NCBI GenBank assembly: GCA_033763455.1
Contig: JANRKO010000059.1
Span: 1 to 64,000 of the forward strand
Direction of reading: 5' to 3'
Length of the DNA: 64,000 bases
DNA from: Polyangiaceae bacterium
GTDB taxonomy: Bacteria > Myxococcota_A > Polyangia > Polyangiales > Polyangiaceae
Each line of letters starts with the position of its first letter. Position 1 is the first letter of the stretch. The notes under the pieces were generated by a model. It worked only from the letters and a program-made list of their open reading frames with translations, was not told where the DNA came from and made no database searches. The position numbers and the translations under genes were made by a program. Of the stretch, positions 32,562-43,594 are shown piece after piece.

Positions 32562-33911
32562 GTGCAATACTCCGCCGAGTTCCGATGCTTTTCCGGCTGC
32601 CCCGGCTCCTATCCGGTAACCCAGCCCATCTACCTTTGTCCTTCCTGCGGAGGCCTCTTGGAGGTGTCGCACGACTTAGAGGCATTGCGTGATCGTAGCG
32701 GGCCGGCTTGGGTAAAGCTGTTTGATGAGCGCTGGCGAAAGAATGATTGGCCGTACGGCTCGGGCGTTTGGGGCAAACGTGAGTGGGTAATGCCGCAGAT
32801 GCCCGATTCGGACATCGTGTCGATGTACGAAGGTGGGACGAACCTCTTTTGGGCGGAGCGCTACGGGCAGCAGCTCGGGCTTTCCGATTTGTGGATAAAG
32901 CTGTGTGGCAATAGCCACAGTGGGTCGTTCAAAGATCTAGGCATGACGGTGCTGGTGAGCGTTGTGCGCATGGCCATCCGTCAAAAAGGCCTGAACGTCA
33001 AAGCTATCGCGTGCGCCTCCACTGGAGACACGAGCGCGGCCTTGGCAGCATATGGTGCAGCCGCCGGGTTGCCGGTGGTAGTGCTTCTTCCCACGGGCAA
33101 AATCTCAACTGCTCAGCTGGTGCAGCCGCTCGCTCATGGAGCACTTGTTCTCGGGTTGGATACCGATTTTGACGGCTGCATGGAGATCGTAAAGCAGTTA
33201 GCCGAAGAAGGCCATATCTACCTCGCCAACTCGATGAATCCACTGCGCATCGAAGGCCAGAAGACGGTTGGCATCGAAGTGCTCCAGCAATTCGATTGGC
33301 AGCTTCCTGATTGGTTGATCTTGCCGAGCGGCAACCTTGGCAATGCAGCCGCACTTTACGCAGGCTTCAGGCTCATGAAAGAGCTCGGCGTGATCACGCG
33401 TTACCCCCGGCTCGTGGTGGCTCAGGCCGAAAATGCCAACCCGCTGTACCTCGCCTGGCGTGCCGGCAAGAAAATGGTCGACCCAGTTGTAGCCAAACCC
33501 ACCCAAGCAACAGCTATTCAGATCGGTAATCCTGTGAGCGCTCCTCGCGCCATCAAGGCGCTGGAAGAAATGAATGGCATCGTCGAGCAAGCTAGTGAGC
33601 AGGAGTTAGCGGATGCAGCCGCTCGCGCTGATCGCACCGGCCTCTACGCCTGCCCACACACGGCCGTGGGTCTCGCGGTTTTGGAGAAGCTGGTCGGCAA
33701 CGGCACGATCGGAAAAAATGACCGCGTGGTTTGCATTTCCACTGCCAATGGCCTGAAATTCACTGAATTCAAGGTGAACTACCACGATCCCAATCAGACC
33801 GTCCCCGGCGTGAGGCCGTCGCACGCGAACCCGCCCGTAATGCTCAAAGCAGATTACGGGCAGGTGGTGGACGCACTCAAGAAGCGTTTCTCGAGCTCGC
33901 AACTGGGTTGA
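32562..33911 (+). CDS. thrC: Threonine synthase
   Basis: PLP lysine [41 protein letters not shown]. Start placed at GTG 32562. Confidence 0.95.
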   Translation: MQYSAEFRCFSGCPGSYPVTQPIYLCPSCGGLLEVSHDLEALRDRSGPAWVKLFDERWRKNDWPYGSGVWGKREWVMPQMPDSDIVSMYEGGTNLFWAERYGQQLGLSDLWIKLCGNSHSGSFKDLGMTVLVSVVRMAIRQKGLNVKAIACASTGDTSAALAAYGAAAGLPVVVLLPTGKISTAQLVQPLAHGALVLGLDTDFDGCMEIVKQLAEEGHIYLANSMNPLRIEGQKTVGIEVLQQFDWQLPDWLILPSGNLGNAAALYAGFRLMKELGVITRYPRLVVAQAENANPLYLAWRAGKKMVDPVVAKPTQATAIQIGNPVSAPRAIKALEEMNGIVEQASEQELADAAARADRTGLYACPHTAVGLAVLEKLVGNGTIGKNDRVVCISTANGLKFTEFKVNYHDPNQTVPGVRPSHANPPVMLKADYGQVVDALKKRFSSSQLG

Positions 33912-33923
33912 GTCAACCCTGAG

Positions 33924-34059
33924 GCGCCGGCCCTGATCCGGCGGTAAGGCGCGCCTTTGGTGTGTAAGTGATCGAAATTGCTCCATAGTTGTTGGGTAGG
34001 GGGCGTCACCGAATTGGTTGGATGCCCACCCCGGCTGCCGCATGAAGCGGCAGCCTGCC
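33924..34059. repeat. Copy A of a ~135-bp structured dispersed repeat
   Basis: Aligns by eye with 49095..49230 (shared GTGATCGAAATTGC.CCATAGTTGT, GGGCGTCACCGAATTGGTT.GATGCCC, GCTGCCGCA.GAAGCGGC). Confidence 0.85.
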
Positions 34060-34166
34060 CCTCCCAAGCGTCTCCTGTGCAGGAGCCGCGGGCGGGGCGT
34101 GTGCCTGGCATCACCGCGCTGCAACTGAGGGGATTGCAACCTGAAAGGCCGTGGGCAGCGCGGCTT

Positions 34167-34241
34167 CTCGTTTTTGGGATTGGGGATAAACGCGTTGGAA
34201 GCGGCGGCCACTACCTGCGAATGCCCAATCCCAAAAACGAG
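34167..34241. repeat. Perfect 18-bp inverted repeat with 39-bp spacer
   Basis: CTCGTTTTTGGGATTGGG (34167-34184) and CCCAATCCCAAAAACGAG (34224-34241). Confidence 0.85.
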
Positions 34242-34419
34242 CCCTATTGGGGATTTACGGAAATGGTGGTCATCTGATAGTAGTTAACCTAAGAAGATTC
34301 TAGGCAGACCGCGGCCACAAGCGGAGGCGCTCGCGCACTAAAAGGGCGGCCGGGGTTATCAGCCGGTTTGCATTTATTGGGCGGATCAAGACCTGGTGGT
34401 TGGCGATGAGTACCGCGAT

Positions 34420-34770
34420 GGCAATGTGCACCGATAGCGCGTGTTATCACTCCACCGTCATCAAGTGGTTGGCAAACGCAGAGCGCGCCAACGGCCCACA
34501 GGGCCCGATTGGCTTTACTATCAGCGCGGACATGACGACCGAGCTTCGAGCACTGGCCGCCGCGGTGCCCGAGGCCGACTGGGCATTTGTGGAGGAACGC
34601 TCTGACGCCATCGTCTCTGCGGCAGAGGTCGAGTTTACACCGGGTAATTGGCCAAAACCGCGGAGCCTATGCGTTAGGTACTGGTGCGCATCAAAAAGCG
34701 CCAAGGCGAATTCTTTTCGACCGGCTCCGACACACGCTTCCTCGCAGTAGTGAGCAATCGCCGCGACGTA
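34420..34770 (+). pseudogene. Degraded IS1380-like DDE transposase fragment
   Basis: DSACY...GFTISADMT.EL.....PEADW...AEVEFTP..W, then a frameshift near 34655 to AEPMR*VLVRIKKRQGEFF...FLAVVSNR (TAG at 34675). Family recalled from motif resemblance only. Confidence 0.55.
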
Positions 34771-34805
34771 GGAGAACGTGCTCCCCCAAGCTCTGGCGGC
34801 GATCT

Positions 34806-35903
34806 TCAGAACGTGAAGCGTGCGTTCGCGCCGCCACCTTTGGTGGACGCGTAGGGCGTGAATTCCAGCTTGGATGCTGTTGGTGCCGCACCCGCATCTT
34901 CGGTTTCCGGACTCGTTAGCAGGACCACGCCGGTTAAGCCCAGGGTAACTGCAACACCGAACGCCATGTCTGAAATCAATGCATTGCGTTCCACATCGTC
35001 AGCCTTCTTGCCGGTCGGATTGTCGTTGAAATCACTCTTGGCGCTCAAGGCTTGGAAACCAAAGATGCTTCCAACGACTACGCCGGCGCCTGCAAGACCC
35101 AAGGTGATGTAAGCTGGAGTATTGCTCCTGGCGGATGGTGGTGGAGCGGCCACGGCCTCTGCGGGCGCAGGCTTCGGCTGGGTAACGGGAGGTGGCGGGG
35201 GAGCCACGGCGGGTGCGGGCGGCGGGGGCGCGAGGAGAGGCTCAAGCTTTAGCTGGCTCTCGACCTTCTTACCGCCTGTCACCTCAACCTCTAGGGTCTG
35301 GGGCTGGTAGTCCATCGCTGCCACCTCGAGCTTGTGTTTGCCGGGCGCGAGCTTGAGCGTGAGGGGGGTGACACCTGGCTGAGCTACACCGTCGACGCTT
35401 ACCGTGGCACCTTTCGGATCCGTGCTGAGCTGTAACTCGCCTGATTGCTTGGCCTGGAGCTCGGCAAGCTTGGCCGTCGCCTCGGCGACTTTCTGTTCCC
35501 CAACTTTATCTTTTGCGGGATTGCTCAGAAACACTTGAAGGGCTTCGACGGCTTCGTTCAGGGTGCTCTCTTGGCCCGCTAGGCTCATGCCGATCCAATA
35601 TTCAGCATGGGGGGTGGGCAAAATGCCGTTCGCCTTCTGGAAACTCTCCGCAGCTTCGGCGAAATTTCCAGCTTTGAACGCCTTCTGGCCCGCCTCAAAC
35701 GCCTTGCGTGCGGCGTCTTTGGTCTTCTTGTCAGGAGCTGATTTAGGGGCGCTCTCCGGAGCGGGACTCGCCGCAGCCTTGGCTGGCTGGCCAGCGGCCG
35801 TTTGAGCCAACGCAGAGGGTGCAATAAGGGTGGTGGCGATGGCGCCGGCCGTCACGACAGATACAAGTTTGGAGCTAAGCGAGGAAAAGCGGTGCTGCAG
35901 CAT
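34806..35903 (-). CDS. Secreted TPR + PEGA-domain protein
   Basis: Signal peptide, TPR-like helices, PEGA motif S.P.GA.V.VDG...G.TP...L.PG.H, Pro-rich linker, hydrophobic C-terminal hairpin. Confidence 0.82.
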   Translation of the reverse strand: MLQHRFSSLSSKLVSVVTAGAIATTLIAPSALAQTAAGQPAKAAASPAPESAPKSAPDKKTKDAARKAFEAGQKAFKAGNFAEAAESFQKANGILPTPHAEYWIGMSLAGQESTLNEAVEALQVFLSNPAKDKVGEQKVAEATAKLAELQAKQSGELQLSTDPKGATVSVDGVAQPGVTPLTLKLAPGKHKLEVAAMDYQPQTLEVEVTGGKKVESQLKLEPLLAPPPPAPAVAPPPPPVTQPKPAPAEAVAAPPPSARSNTPAYITLGLAGAGVVVGSIFGFQALSAKSDFNDNPTGKKADDVERNALISDMAFGVAVTLGLTGVVLLTSPETEDAGAAPTASKLEFTPYASTKGGGANARFTF

Positions 35904-36083
35904 TTGAAGGATTCTCCAGGGGGACGATGACGCCGGGCAAAAGTACCCCCGAGGTTACCCCCACGACAACCCCTTTCCCGTATCGTTCTGGTGACGAGAG
36001 GTCACATCTTGGCTTGGCTAGGCTACGATGTGGTCGTTACACCGCATTAACACCACTGGATTCTTCTTGAACTTCGGACCCCG

Positions 36084-39000
36084 ATGAGTTCCCCAGCCGC
36101 CCCGACCGACTCGCCAGCCTCTCCACCGGTCGAGCATTACCAGCCGCACAAAACACTGAGGCGGTTTCAGGGTCGCACAGCCGAGCTCGCCACGCTCCGC
36201 GCCCAGTGTCGAACCGCAAACGCTGACAATGATGTTGAGGCTGAGCGGCGTGCGAGTGCTCAGCTGGCGCGTGCCTTAGCTCGCAATGGCATCTTGCTGG
36301 GTCAAGCTACCAAGGCCGCGCGGCGCGCCCTCTTGTTGGGGGAGCAAGACGGTCTTCGCGAGGAGCTATCCGCGTGGTTTGCGGGACTTGGCGAGGCAAG
36401 TTTAGCTTGCGCCGCGTTGACGCCCCTGTTGCAGCAGCAATCGGGAACTACGGCGATGCATACGCTGATTCGTATTGCCGTTCTTTCGGCGCGCTCGGGT
36501 GACGACGACGCGGCGGTGGATGCACTCTCTGGAGCGGTCAACGAAAACCCATCGGATCCTTTGCCGTTAGAGCTCCTGGGTGCCGTTCGGTTTTGGTCGG
36601 AGACTTCGATTTCGGCAGAAAAAGCCGCATCTTATTACCTTCTGGCGGCCAACGCTCGGCAAGCGCGCGGTGAGGGCTCCGCGGCGTTCGAAGACTTGCT
36701 GCGTGCGTTGGAGATGGCGCCAGGTTATGAACCAGCCGCACGTGCTGTGGCCGAAGCTCTGAGCGCACGAGGGCGTGAGGAGGCGGCGGATGAAGTTTGG
36801 CGCGAATACGCGTCGCTATGCCCTGACCCACGGGAAGCGCATTGGAATCGTCTTGAGCGCGCACTCACCCATGCGGATCTTCCATTGGCGCTCGCAGCGG
36901 CTTTTGATGGCGGCTTCCTCGGCACGGATCCCGAGAATATTCTCGCGCTTTCTGGCCAGGCGAATTCCGAGGAGGCATCTCGTGCCGCGCGAAGTCAGGA
37001 GCTGCTCTGGCAGAGTGGTCTCGGTTTGGTAGCCATTGGCCGGCTTGTAGTCGCGGCCGCATCTGAGCTCTTAAGCGCCGAGGCGAAGAGTGATCTTTGG
37101 CTGGTTGCAGGCCGCGCCTGGCAATCCCGCTTCTCGAATAATCTGGAGGCTCGCGAGGCATTTTTGCGTGCTCTTGAACTATCGCCAGATTCGCAAGAGG
37201 CCAAAGATGCCCTCAAGCAATTGGAGCGCGCTGGGCGCGAGAGGGAAGAATGGGACACAAGCCCCACCTCGCTCCTCTCCGAAGAAGCTCCCGCTAGGAT
37301 TTGGTTGCTGGCTCAGCAACAGGGTCGACCATTGGCGGCGGCTCCCGCCCTTGAGGCCTTGGCATCGCCCCAGGTACCGAAGGTGAAAGCCGTGTTGATG
37401 GCCCTCGCTGCCGAAGCTTGGGCCCGCTCGGGCCTCTTGGACGAAGCTCTGCGCGCGATCAAGCTTTCCGTACTAGCAGATCCGGAGTGTGCACGAGCTG
37501 CCCGGGTGCATGCGGATCTTGTCCTGCAAACGGAACGAGGGCACGCCGAAGCCATTGAGCGAGCCGTGAGCCTGGTATTGCCTCGGGCTATGTGGTGTGA
37601 AGCGCTCGCTCAGCGCTATCGGCAAACGGAGCCCGCCCTTGCGATGGCTTGGGCGGAGCGACGCTTGGTGCTGTGTCCAGGCAGCTTGAGCGCCGCCCGA
37701 GCGCTTCTCGAAATTGCTGCCGAAGCTGGTCAGAAGCACAAGCTTGTCGAAGGCCTTTCCTGGTCGCTCTCGCAACCTCAGCCACTGTCAACCTTATCCG
37801 GCACGATTGCAGAGGCGCTTTTGAGCCTTTCGTTGCTGGATCCTGAGGAATGCATTCGCTTGAGCCGGCGTGCGTTGGGTATCCTCGGCCCCCAGGATGA
37901 AGTGCTGCGCGGGGCACTGCTTGGGATCTCGGCGACCCTGCAGCGGCCAGACCTCGGGGCATTGGTGTTCGAGCGTTGGTTTGCCGTTCTGGACGAACCT
38001 AACCCAGATCGATACCTGGATTTGTCCGATTTGCATCAGGCCGCGGGTGAGCCACTTGGTTGGATTGCGGCACTTGAGCGGGCCCTCAAACGCGGAGCCC
38101 CACCTCGCACGGTGCTGGAGCGCCTGGAGCGTGCCTCGGAACCCACCGAGCCGGACGCCTTGTTTGCGTTCCTTGAAACTCGAGCTTTAGCTTTGGAGGC
38201 ACTCGGTGCGGATCGCATGGCGCGAGTGCACGCGCACCGCTTGTTCGCGCGGGCTGCTTGGGATCTTGCAAGCGATGTGGAGCAGGCCTTTACGAGTCTT
38301 CGCGCGGCATACGCGGCGGATGGGCAGGAGGCCCCGGAATGGTTGCTGAGCGATTTCGAGGACCTTGGAGGGGAACAAGAGCTGCACTACCTGCTTCAAT
38401 TCTTGGCGGCCCCGGCCTTCAAAAAAAACTCGGCGCGCATATTAACGCGAGCTGCCGTCCGCGCCTTCGGCAAGGAGCAAAATCGCCTCGCTTTGAAGCT
38501 TTCGGAAGAGGCGCTCACGCGCGAGCCTGCGTTTACCGAGGCACTCGCGATCTTTGAAGAAGTCGCACAAAAGCTCGGTGATTGGGACTCTTTGGAGGGG
38601 GGGTACGCGCGGGTGAGTCGAGCCACCTTGGGAAGCTTTGGCGAACGCGCGCTTCATTACCGGGCGGCTCGGCAGTTCGAAACTGTGCGTGAGATGGAGC
38701 GCGCTCTCAACCACGCAATCAAGGCTTTTGAGGCAGTGCCCGCCGACGGCTTGGCGCTCGCGTTAGCGCAGAGCCTCGCAGAACGAGAGCAGAAACGTTC
38801 CCTCGTGGTCGCAGCCATGCGGCGTGTTGCGGAAAGCTCAGATACGTCCGAGTTGCGTCTAAGTTGGCTCGTTCGCGCTGCGGCTGCCGCCGATACCAAC
38901 GAAGCGGGCTGCCGAAGCCGGGTGCAGCTTCTGTTGGAAGCTTTGAAGCTTGCGCCTGACAAGGAAACGTTCACCAAACTGCACGATGCGCTTACAGCTC

Positions 39001-42000
39001 TTTCGCTACTAGCGCCCGGCGAGCGGACCCCATTTGCCGAAGCCTTCGAGCAGACCTTGGAACGTGTCTTGCCAACGCTAGATGGTCCAATTGGTGCGCG
39101 CGCGGCGCTCGAAGCCGCGCGCATCGCAGTAGTCCATTTCGGTCAACCGCGCTGGGCGCTTGCCGCGTTGTCGCAGGCCGCAGCTGCCGATGCAGATCTC
39201 GAAGAGTTCGAGACGATGTTCGAGTACGCGTCGCTCTTGGGGAAAAAAGAGCAAGGCGCCGAGGCACTCCTACAGCGAGCCGAAGAGTTGTCGGTCAGTC
39301 GTTTCGCAAGCGCGGGTACCTCTTTTCTTGAGCTCTGCGCTCGCATAGCTGAGGCTCTTGGTGAGCTTGGCGCGGCGAGCCGGTTGTTAGCTGCTTCGGC
39401 TCGGCTTGCACCTGAAAATGCCGCTCTTCTGTCCCGAGCACGCGAGCTTGCAGCTAAGGGGTTCGAGCCAGGCCTGCTGGAGACGCTGCCTCTTCCTCCT
39501 GACCACCCCGATCGCCCCAGCGCACTTATCGCCCAGGCGAAGATAGACGAAGAACGCGGTGATCTCGGGGCAGCCAAGCAGAGCTTGATCGAGGCGCTTG
39601 CTCTGCGCCTGTCAGAAGAGGAAAGAAAACGGGCCCTGCTCTTGCTGTTTCGACTACATGCCGCCCTTGGCGAAGGGGCGGAGCTCAAGGAGCGCTGGGA
39701 GGCGCAAAGTGGGTTAGACCGAGAGCTTAGGCTTGAGCTGCTCTTGGCCCTGGTTCAGAGCGTTGCACGTACGAACGGGCAGGAAGCAAAGGCGCTTGAT
39801 TTATTGCTGGGGGAGCGTGGGGAGTTCGAGCGCGAGGCTTTGTTCTGTCAAAAGTGGTTAGCCTTGGCCAAAAAGGCAGACGATGAAGCAGCGCAAAGGC
39901 AGGCTCTAGAAGCCTTGCTGAAGATAGAGGGCGACGCGCAACAAGGCGAGCATGCTCGGCAGCTGGCGCGTTTGCTGGAGAAACAGCACGACCGTCCGGG
40001 CGCCGCCAAGATTTGGACCTTGGTGCATCAGCAAGATCCCACCGATGTCGAAGCCCTTCGCGCTCTTGAACGTGAAGCTGAAGCGGATGGCAACTACCCT
40101 GAATTGGTGGAGCTTTTGGGCCAGCGCGCCGTTCTCACAACGGATATCTCAGTCCTTCGAGACCTGCGTTTGCGCCGTGCCAGGCTGCTCCTGCAGAAGC
40201 TCGAACGTTCGCGGGAAGCATTTGACGAATTAACGCAAGCTGTTAGCCATGGGCCGATAGACGATCGCGCTGTTGCGGGGATTGTGGAGCTAATCCGCGA
40301 TCGTAGAGACCCGGCTTTGTGGGCCCCCCTGTGGCTCAAGCTTTCCCCCCTTACGGCGGATTTTTCGCGACGGGTTGAGTTTGTGGAGCGCGCTTGTGCG
40401 GGTTTTCTCGACATCAACGATGCTCCAGCGGCACGACGAGCCTTGGAAACGTTGGCACCCGCCTGTTCGGAGGCTGAGCTGGCACGGCATGCGCTTTCGC
40501 TTGAACGGAGGATTGGAGAGCCTGTGGCCATTGCCTCGGCACTTTCGAAACTCGCCCGTGTGAGCGCTGAACCGCCCAGCGTGCGCGCCGGTTACCTGGT
40601 AGAGGCCGCCCGTCGCGTCGCAAATCCAGAAGATCTGAGCCAAGCCACCCGCTATGCGGAGGAGGCCCACCAGCTCGACGCCACCAATCCGGATGTGCAT
40701 GTATGCCTTGAATGGTTCGCGTACCTCACGCGAGGTCCGGGCTCCGGGGACCTCAGTCAGCAAGCGGTGCATGATCTGCGCAAGTGGGACGCTGGGCTGT
40801 CTCTTGAGTTGATGCCGTTGCGTTCATTTCTCTTGGCCGAAGCGCTGGACGTCGTGGAGGGAGGTGGAGCCGGCATGCGGGAGTTGAACGCTGCGGCGGC
40901 GGACTTCGGTGAGTCGGGGTTGGTCGCACTCGGCTTGGCAGAGCGCTTTGCCCTGGTAGAGGACTACGAGAGGGCGCTGCTTGCTTTCGATAGGGCTCTT
41001 TTGGGTGACCTCATGCTCGTGCGCACCCGCGGTCAGGTGTTGATGCGCGCCGCCCATGTCGCTCGTGGGGCACGCCGATTCGATCGTGCCCTCCACTACC
41101 TCAAACTTGCCGAAGGCGAGGAGGACGTTCGAGGCCTGGCACTGGAGCTTGAAATGCGCGTTTCGCGTGAACTCCAGGCAGAGAACCGGAGAACGACCTC
41201 CAGGCCACCAGAAATCGTGCGGCTCGGGGGGCTGGGTTCCGCTTCGGAATTGCCCGTTCCGAATATTCCTCCGGCGGCTGAAGCCGATACCCTGAAAACA
41301 CCCCCAGACCACGCCTCTCCACGCAAGTCCGTCGCGCCTGGTCCCTCCCACACCAGGCGGAGCGATCGTGCGAACCCAATGCGCAGCCCCGGTGGTTACT
41401 CACTTGCGTCCGAAGGTGCGGTCGAGGAGATCCGTGTGAAGCGCAGCTCCTCCGCGCCGAAGACGCCGTCGAGCGACACCCTTGCCGCCGCAGGTGGCTA
41501 CTCAGTGCGGCCCGCGATTGAAACGGCCGAGGCCCTCAGGCCGAGCAAGGTGCCCCAAATCAGCACTCCCGCATCGCAACTCAACACTCCGACACCTCGG
41601 CCTTCTCGTAGCGTGGGCGCCTATTCGCTCCGAACCCCCGAAGCAGACCTCATCGACGTACGACGCATCAGCAGTCGCCCGCCTCAGGTAACACCGAAGG
41701 AGCCCGCAACAGCGGCCGAGGCTACCGCGCGTGTGAGTTCGGTGCCACCGAGTCCACGTGAGCATTCGTCAGCGCGCTTTCGTGCACTACGTCGTATGGA
41801 CCCCACAGTGATCCCGGCGCGCACGGCCCACGAGGCACAGCTTTTGGCGGAGCTAAAAGCTGGCCAAATCTCCGCAGGCAAGGAGCTCGTTGCCGCGTTT
41901 GAGGGCGTGCCCGGTCGCGAGCAGGATCAGACGCTCCTCTGCCAATTCCTGAGTCAGTTGTTGCCGGGTGACTCTTGGGTGCTTGGCAAGCTCCACCAAG

Positions 42001-42935
42001 CCGCAGTTGCCGATCGGAACCATATTCTCGGTCGCGCCGTCCAGCATGTGCTGCTGCTTTCGGGTGAAGAGCAAGCGAGCATGCCGCCGCCGCTGGAAGA
42101 ACAAACCGAGCAACCGGAGGCTGTGCAGGCGCTCTTATTCCGAGACGCGGGCTCGGCAGCCACCGAGGCATTGGCGTTAGCTTGGGAGGGGGCTCAGCAT
42201 GTTCTTCATCGCGACCAGAAATTGTACGGAATATCGAACTACGAGCGCGTGCCCTTGGGCCCCGTTTCGCCCCTGGGCCGCGTCTATAGCGGCGTTGCGC
42301 GAGCCCTAGGGATGGTGAAAGTGCCGCTGTTTTTTAGAGCAACCGAAGCTCCGTTCGACGCGCGGGTGGCTCTTTTATCCCCTCCGTCGATCCTCGCCAC
42401 CGGGCACGTTTCCGTTGATAACAGAGAACTGCAATTTCAGCTGGGTGCAGCCCTAACAGCCGCACTCCCGCAGTACGCCCTATTGTTCGGCTTGCCCGAG
42501 GCCGAAGCGAGCGCGTTGCTCTTGGCGCTCGTTCATGCATTTGGCCCCCCGCGCCAAGGCAACGCGGGGTTGGCCGCTTCAGCACAATTGGCCGAGGTGC
42601 TCTGGGAGGGGATCCCCAGGCGTTCGCAGCGGCGCCTCCAGGAGTTGTGCCACGACGTCGAAGATTTTTCGTATGATCGGGCCGTGGCGACGGCGCGGCT
42701 CGGGCAATATCGGGCGGGTCTCTTTGTTTGCGGAGACCTTGCAGTTGCCGTTCAACAGATCTGCGCGCTCGAAGGGATCGCGTTCTCCGGGCTCTCAGCA
42801 CCCGGGGAGTTGGCGAGGCTATGCCGGGAGAGCCACCCCGTGGCTGATCTTGTGAGGCTTGCTTCAAGCTCACTGTACGCGGAGATGCGGTGGCGACGAA
42901 ATGAAGGCAGCTTCGGGCGAATGTTAGTCGAGTGA
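36084..42935 (+). CDS. Very large TPR-like helical-repeat protein (2283 aa)
   Basis: 6.8-kb ORF, Ala/Leu/Glu/Arg-rich with repeated RALEL.P motifs, Pro/Ser linker and C-terminal RAGL..CGDL domain. Confidence 0.8.
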   Translation: MSSPAAPTDSPASPPVEHYQPHKTLRRFQGRTAELATLRAQCRTANADNDVEAERRASAQLARALARNGILLGQATKAARRALLLGEQDGLREELSAWFAGLGEASLACAALTPLLQQQSGTTAMHTLIRIAVLSARSGDDDAAVDALSGAVNENPSDPLPLELLGAVRFWSETSISAEKAASYYLLAANARQARGEGSAAFEDLLRALEMAPGYEPAARAVAEALSARGREEAADEVWREYASLCPDPREAHWNRLERALTHADLPLALAAAFDGGFLGTDPENILALSGQANSEEASRAARSQELLWQSGLGLVAIGRLVVAAASELLSAEAKSDLWLVAGRAWQSRFSNNLEAREAFLRALELSPDSQEAKDALKQLERAGREREEWDTSPTSLLSEEAPARIWLLAQQQGRPLAAAPALEALASPQVPKVKAVLMALAAEAWARSGLLDEALRAIKLSVLADPECARAARVHADLVLQTERGHAEAIERAVSLVLPRAMWCEALAQRYRQTEPALAMAWAERRLVLCPGSLSAARALLEIAAEAGQKHKLVEGLSWSLSQPQPLSTLSGTIAEALLSLSLLDPEECIRLSRRALGILGPQDEVLRGALLGISATLQRPDLGALVFERWFAVLDEPNPDRYLDLSDLHQAAGEPLGWIAALERALKRGAPPRTVLERLERASEPTEPDALFAFLETRALALEALGADRMARVHAHRLFARAAWDLASDVEQAFTSLRAAYAADGQEAPEWLLSDFEDLGGEQELHYLLQFLAAPAFKKNSARILTRAAVRAFGKEQNRLALKLSEEALTREPAFTEALAIFEEVAQKLGDWDSLEGGYARVSRATLGSFGERALHYRAARQFETVREMERALNHAIKAFEAVPADGLALALAQSLAEREQKRSLVVAAMRRVAESSDTSELRLSWLVRAAAAADTNEAGCRSRVQLLLEALKLAPDKETFTKLHDALTALSLLAPGERTPFAEAFEQTLERVLPTLDGPIGARAALEAARIAVVHFGQPRWALAALSQAAAADADLEEFETMFEYASLLGKKEQGAEALLQRAEELSVSRFASAGTSFLELCARIAEALGELGAASRLLAASARLAPENAALLSRARELAAKGFEPGLLETLPLPPDHPDRPSALIAQAKIDEERGDLGAAKQSLIEALALRLSEEERKRALLLLFRLHAALGEGAELKERWEAQSGLDRELRLELLLALVQSVARTNGQEAKALDLLLGERGEFEREALFCQKWLALAKKADDEAAQRQALEALLKIEGDAQQGEHARQLARLLEKQHDRPGAAKIWTLVHQQDPTDVEALRALEREAEADGNYPELVELLGQRAVLTTDISVLRDLRLRRARLLLQKLERSREAFDELTQAVSHGPIDDRAVAGIVELIRDRRDPALWAPLWLKLSPLTADFSRRVEFVERACAGFLDINDAPAARRALETLAPACSEAELARHALSLERRIGEPVAIASALSKLARVSAEPPSVRAGYLVEAARRVANPEDLSQATRYAEEAHQLDATNPDVHVCLEWFAYLTRGPGSGDLSQQAVHDLRKWDAGLSLELMPLRSFLLAEALDVVEGGGAGMRELNAAAADFGESGLVALGLAERFALVEDYERALLAFDRALLGDLMLVRTRGQVLMRAAHVARGARRFDRALHYLKLAEGEEDVRGLALELEMRVSRELQAENRRTTSRPPEIVRLGGLGSASELPVPNIPPAAEADTLKTPPDHASPRKSVAPGPSHTRRSDRANPMRSPGGYSLASEGAVEEIRVKRSSSAPKTPSSDTLAAAGGYSVRPAIETAEALRPSKVPQISTPASQLNTPTPRPSRSVGAYSLRTPEADLIDVRRISSRPPQVTPKEPATAAEATARVSSVPPSPREHSSARFRALRRMDPTVIPARTAHEAQLLAELKAGQISAGKELVAAFEGVPGREQDQTLLCQFLSQLLPGDSWVLGKLHQAAVADRNHILGRAVQHVLLLSGEEQASMPPPLEEQTEQPEAVQALLFRDAGSAATEALALAWEGAQHVLHRDQKLYGISNYERVPLGPVSPLGRVYSGVARALGMVKVPLFFRATEAPFDARVALLSPPSILATGHVSVDNRELQFQLGAALTAALPQYALLFGLPEAEASALLLALVHAFGPPRQGNAGLAASAQLAEVLWEGIPRRSQRRLQELCHDVEDFSYDRAVATARLGQYRAGLFVCGDLAVAVQQICALEGIAFSGLSAPGELARLCRESHPVADLVRLASSSLYAEMRWRRNEGSFGRMLVE

Positions 42936-43028
42936 GCATGCTAGGCGCGTCGTTACTTCGATCCATCACGACAGGATTGTCGCGCTCGGCTTCGCTCTTC
43001 GGTAGAGATTTTCGGCAGTTGGGGGCGG

Positions 43029-43044
43029 TGGCACGGCGTTCGCA
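43029..43044 (+). promoter_or_regulatory. Putative sigma54 -24/-12 promoter
   Basis: TGGCACGGCGTTCGCA, GG-N10-GC; predicted +1 coincides with GTG 43055. Confidence 0.5.
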
Positions 43045-43054
43045 CGGAGTACGA

Positions 43055-43594
43055 GTGAAGCTCCAACGTGTGTTGTTGCTGGCAGCGTCTTTCCCCCTCT
43101 CGGCATGCGTCCTTTCGGGACCGCCCGAGTTCGAGCAGTCCACCAAGATCACTCCTGTGCTGAACTACAACGAAGCCGTTCCACCCCTCACGCGAATCCT
43201 GGATGCCCGCACCGGTGAGTCGATCGCGTTTAAGGTGCCATTTCAATCCCAAGATTTCAGTGGTCAAGATGATCGCGAATTGGTCGAAGGTGTGCTCTTG
43301 CTCGATTACACCCTGGTGAAGCCAGACAACCGGGTGGGTGGTCCGACGCTGCTGGATCCGGATGTCTTCGCAAAAAAGCGTGACATGGAGGTGCGCTGGA
43401 GCGTGGGCGCTGGGCTCAACGGTTGCCACCAGATTTCGATGGTGATGGGCCATCGATCCAACTTTGACAGCCAGACTCACCTTCCGATCATGGGCGCCAG
43501 CCTAGGAATTGCAGTCTGGTGGGTGAACGTAAATCCAAAGCCGGATCAACCCACGACACTCCTTGATTGTCCTCAAGTGGGAGCGGCGCCATGA
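43055..43594 (+). CDS. Hypothetical lipoprotein
   Basis: VKLQRVLLLAASFPLSAC lipobox; GGAG upstream. ORF track starts at 42932. Confidence 0.65.
   Translation: MKLQRVLLLAASFPLSACVLSGPPEFEQSTKITPVLNYNEAVPPLTRILDARTGESIAFKVPFQSQDFSGQDDRELVEGVLLLDYTLVKPDNRVGGPTLLDPDVFAKKRDMEVRWSVGAGLNGCHQISMVMGHRSNFDSQTHLPIMGASLGIAVWWVNVNPKPDQPTTLLDCPQVGAAP

Noticed and set aside
33975..33990. Repeat copy A as an integron attC/attI site (GTTGGGT fits GTTRRRY)
   Set aside because: Copy B lacks the core, there is no matching RYYYAAC, and the integrase shows no IntI-specific features.
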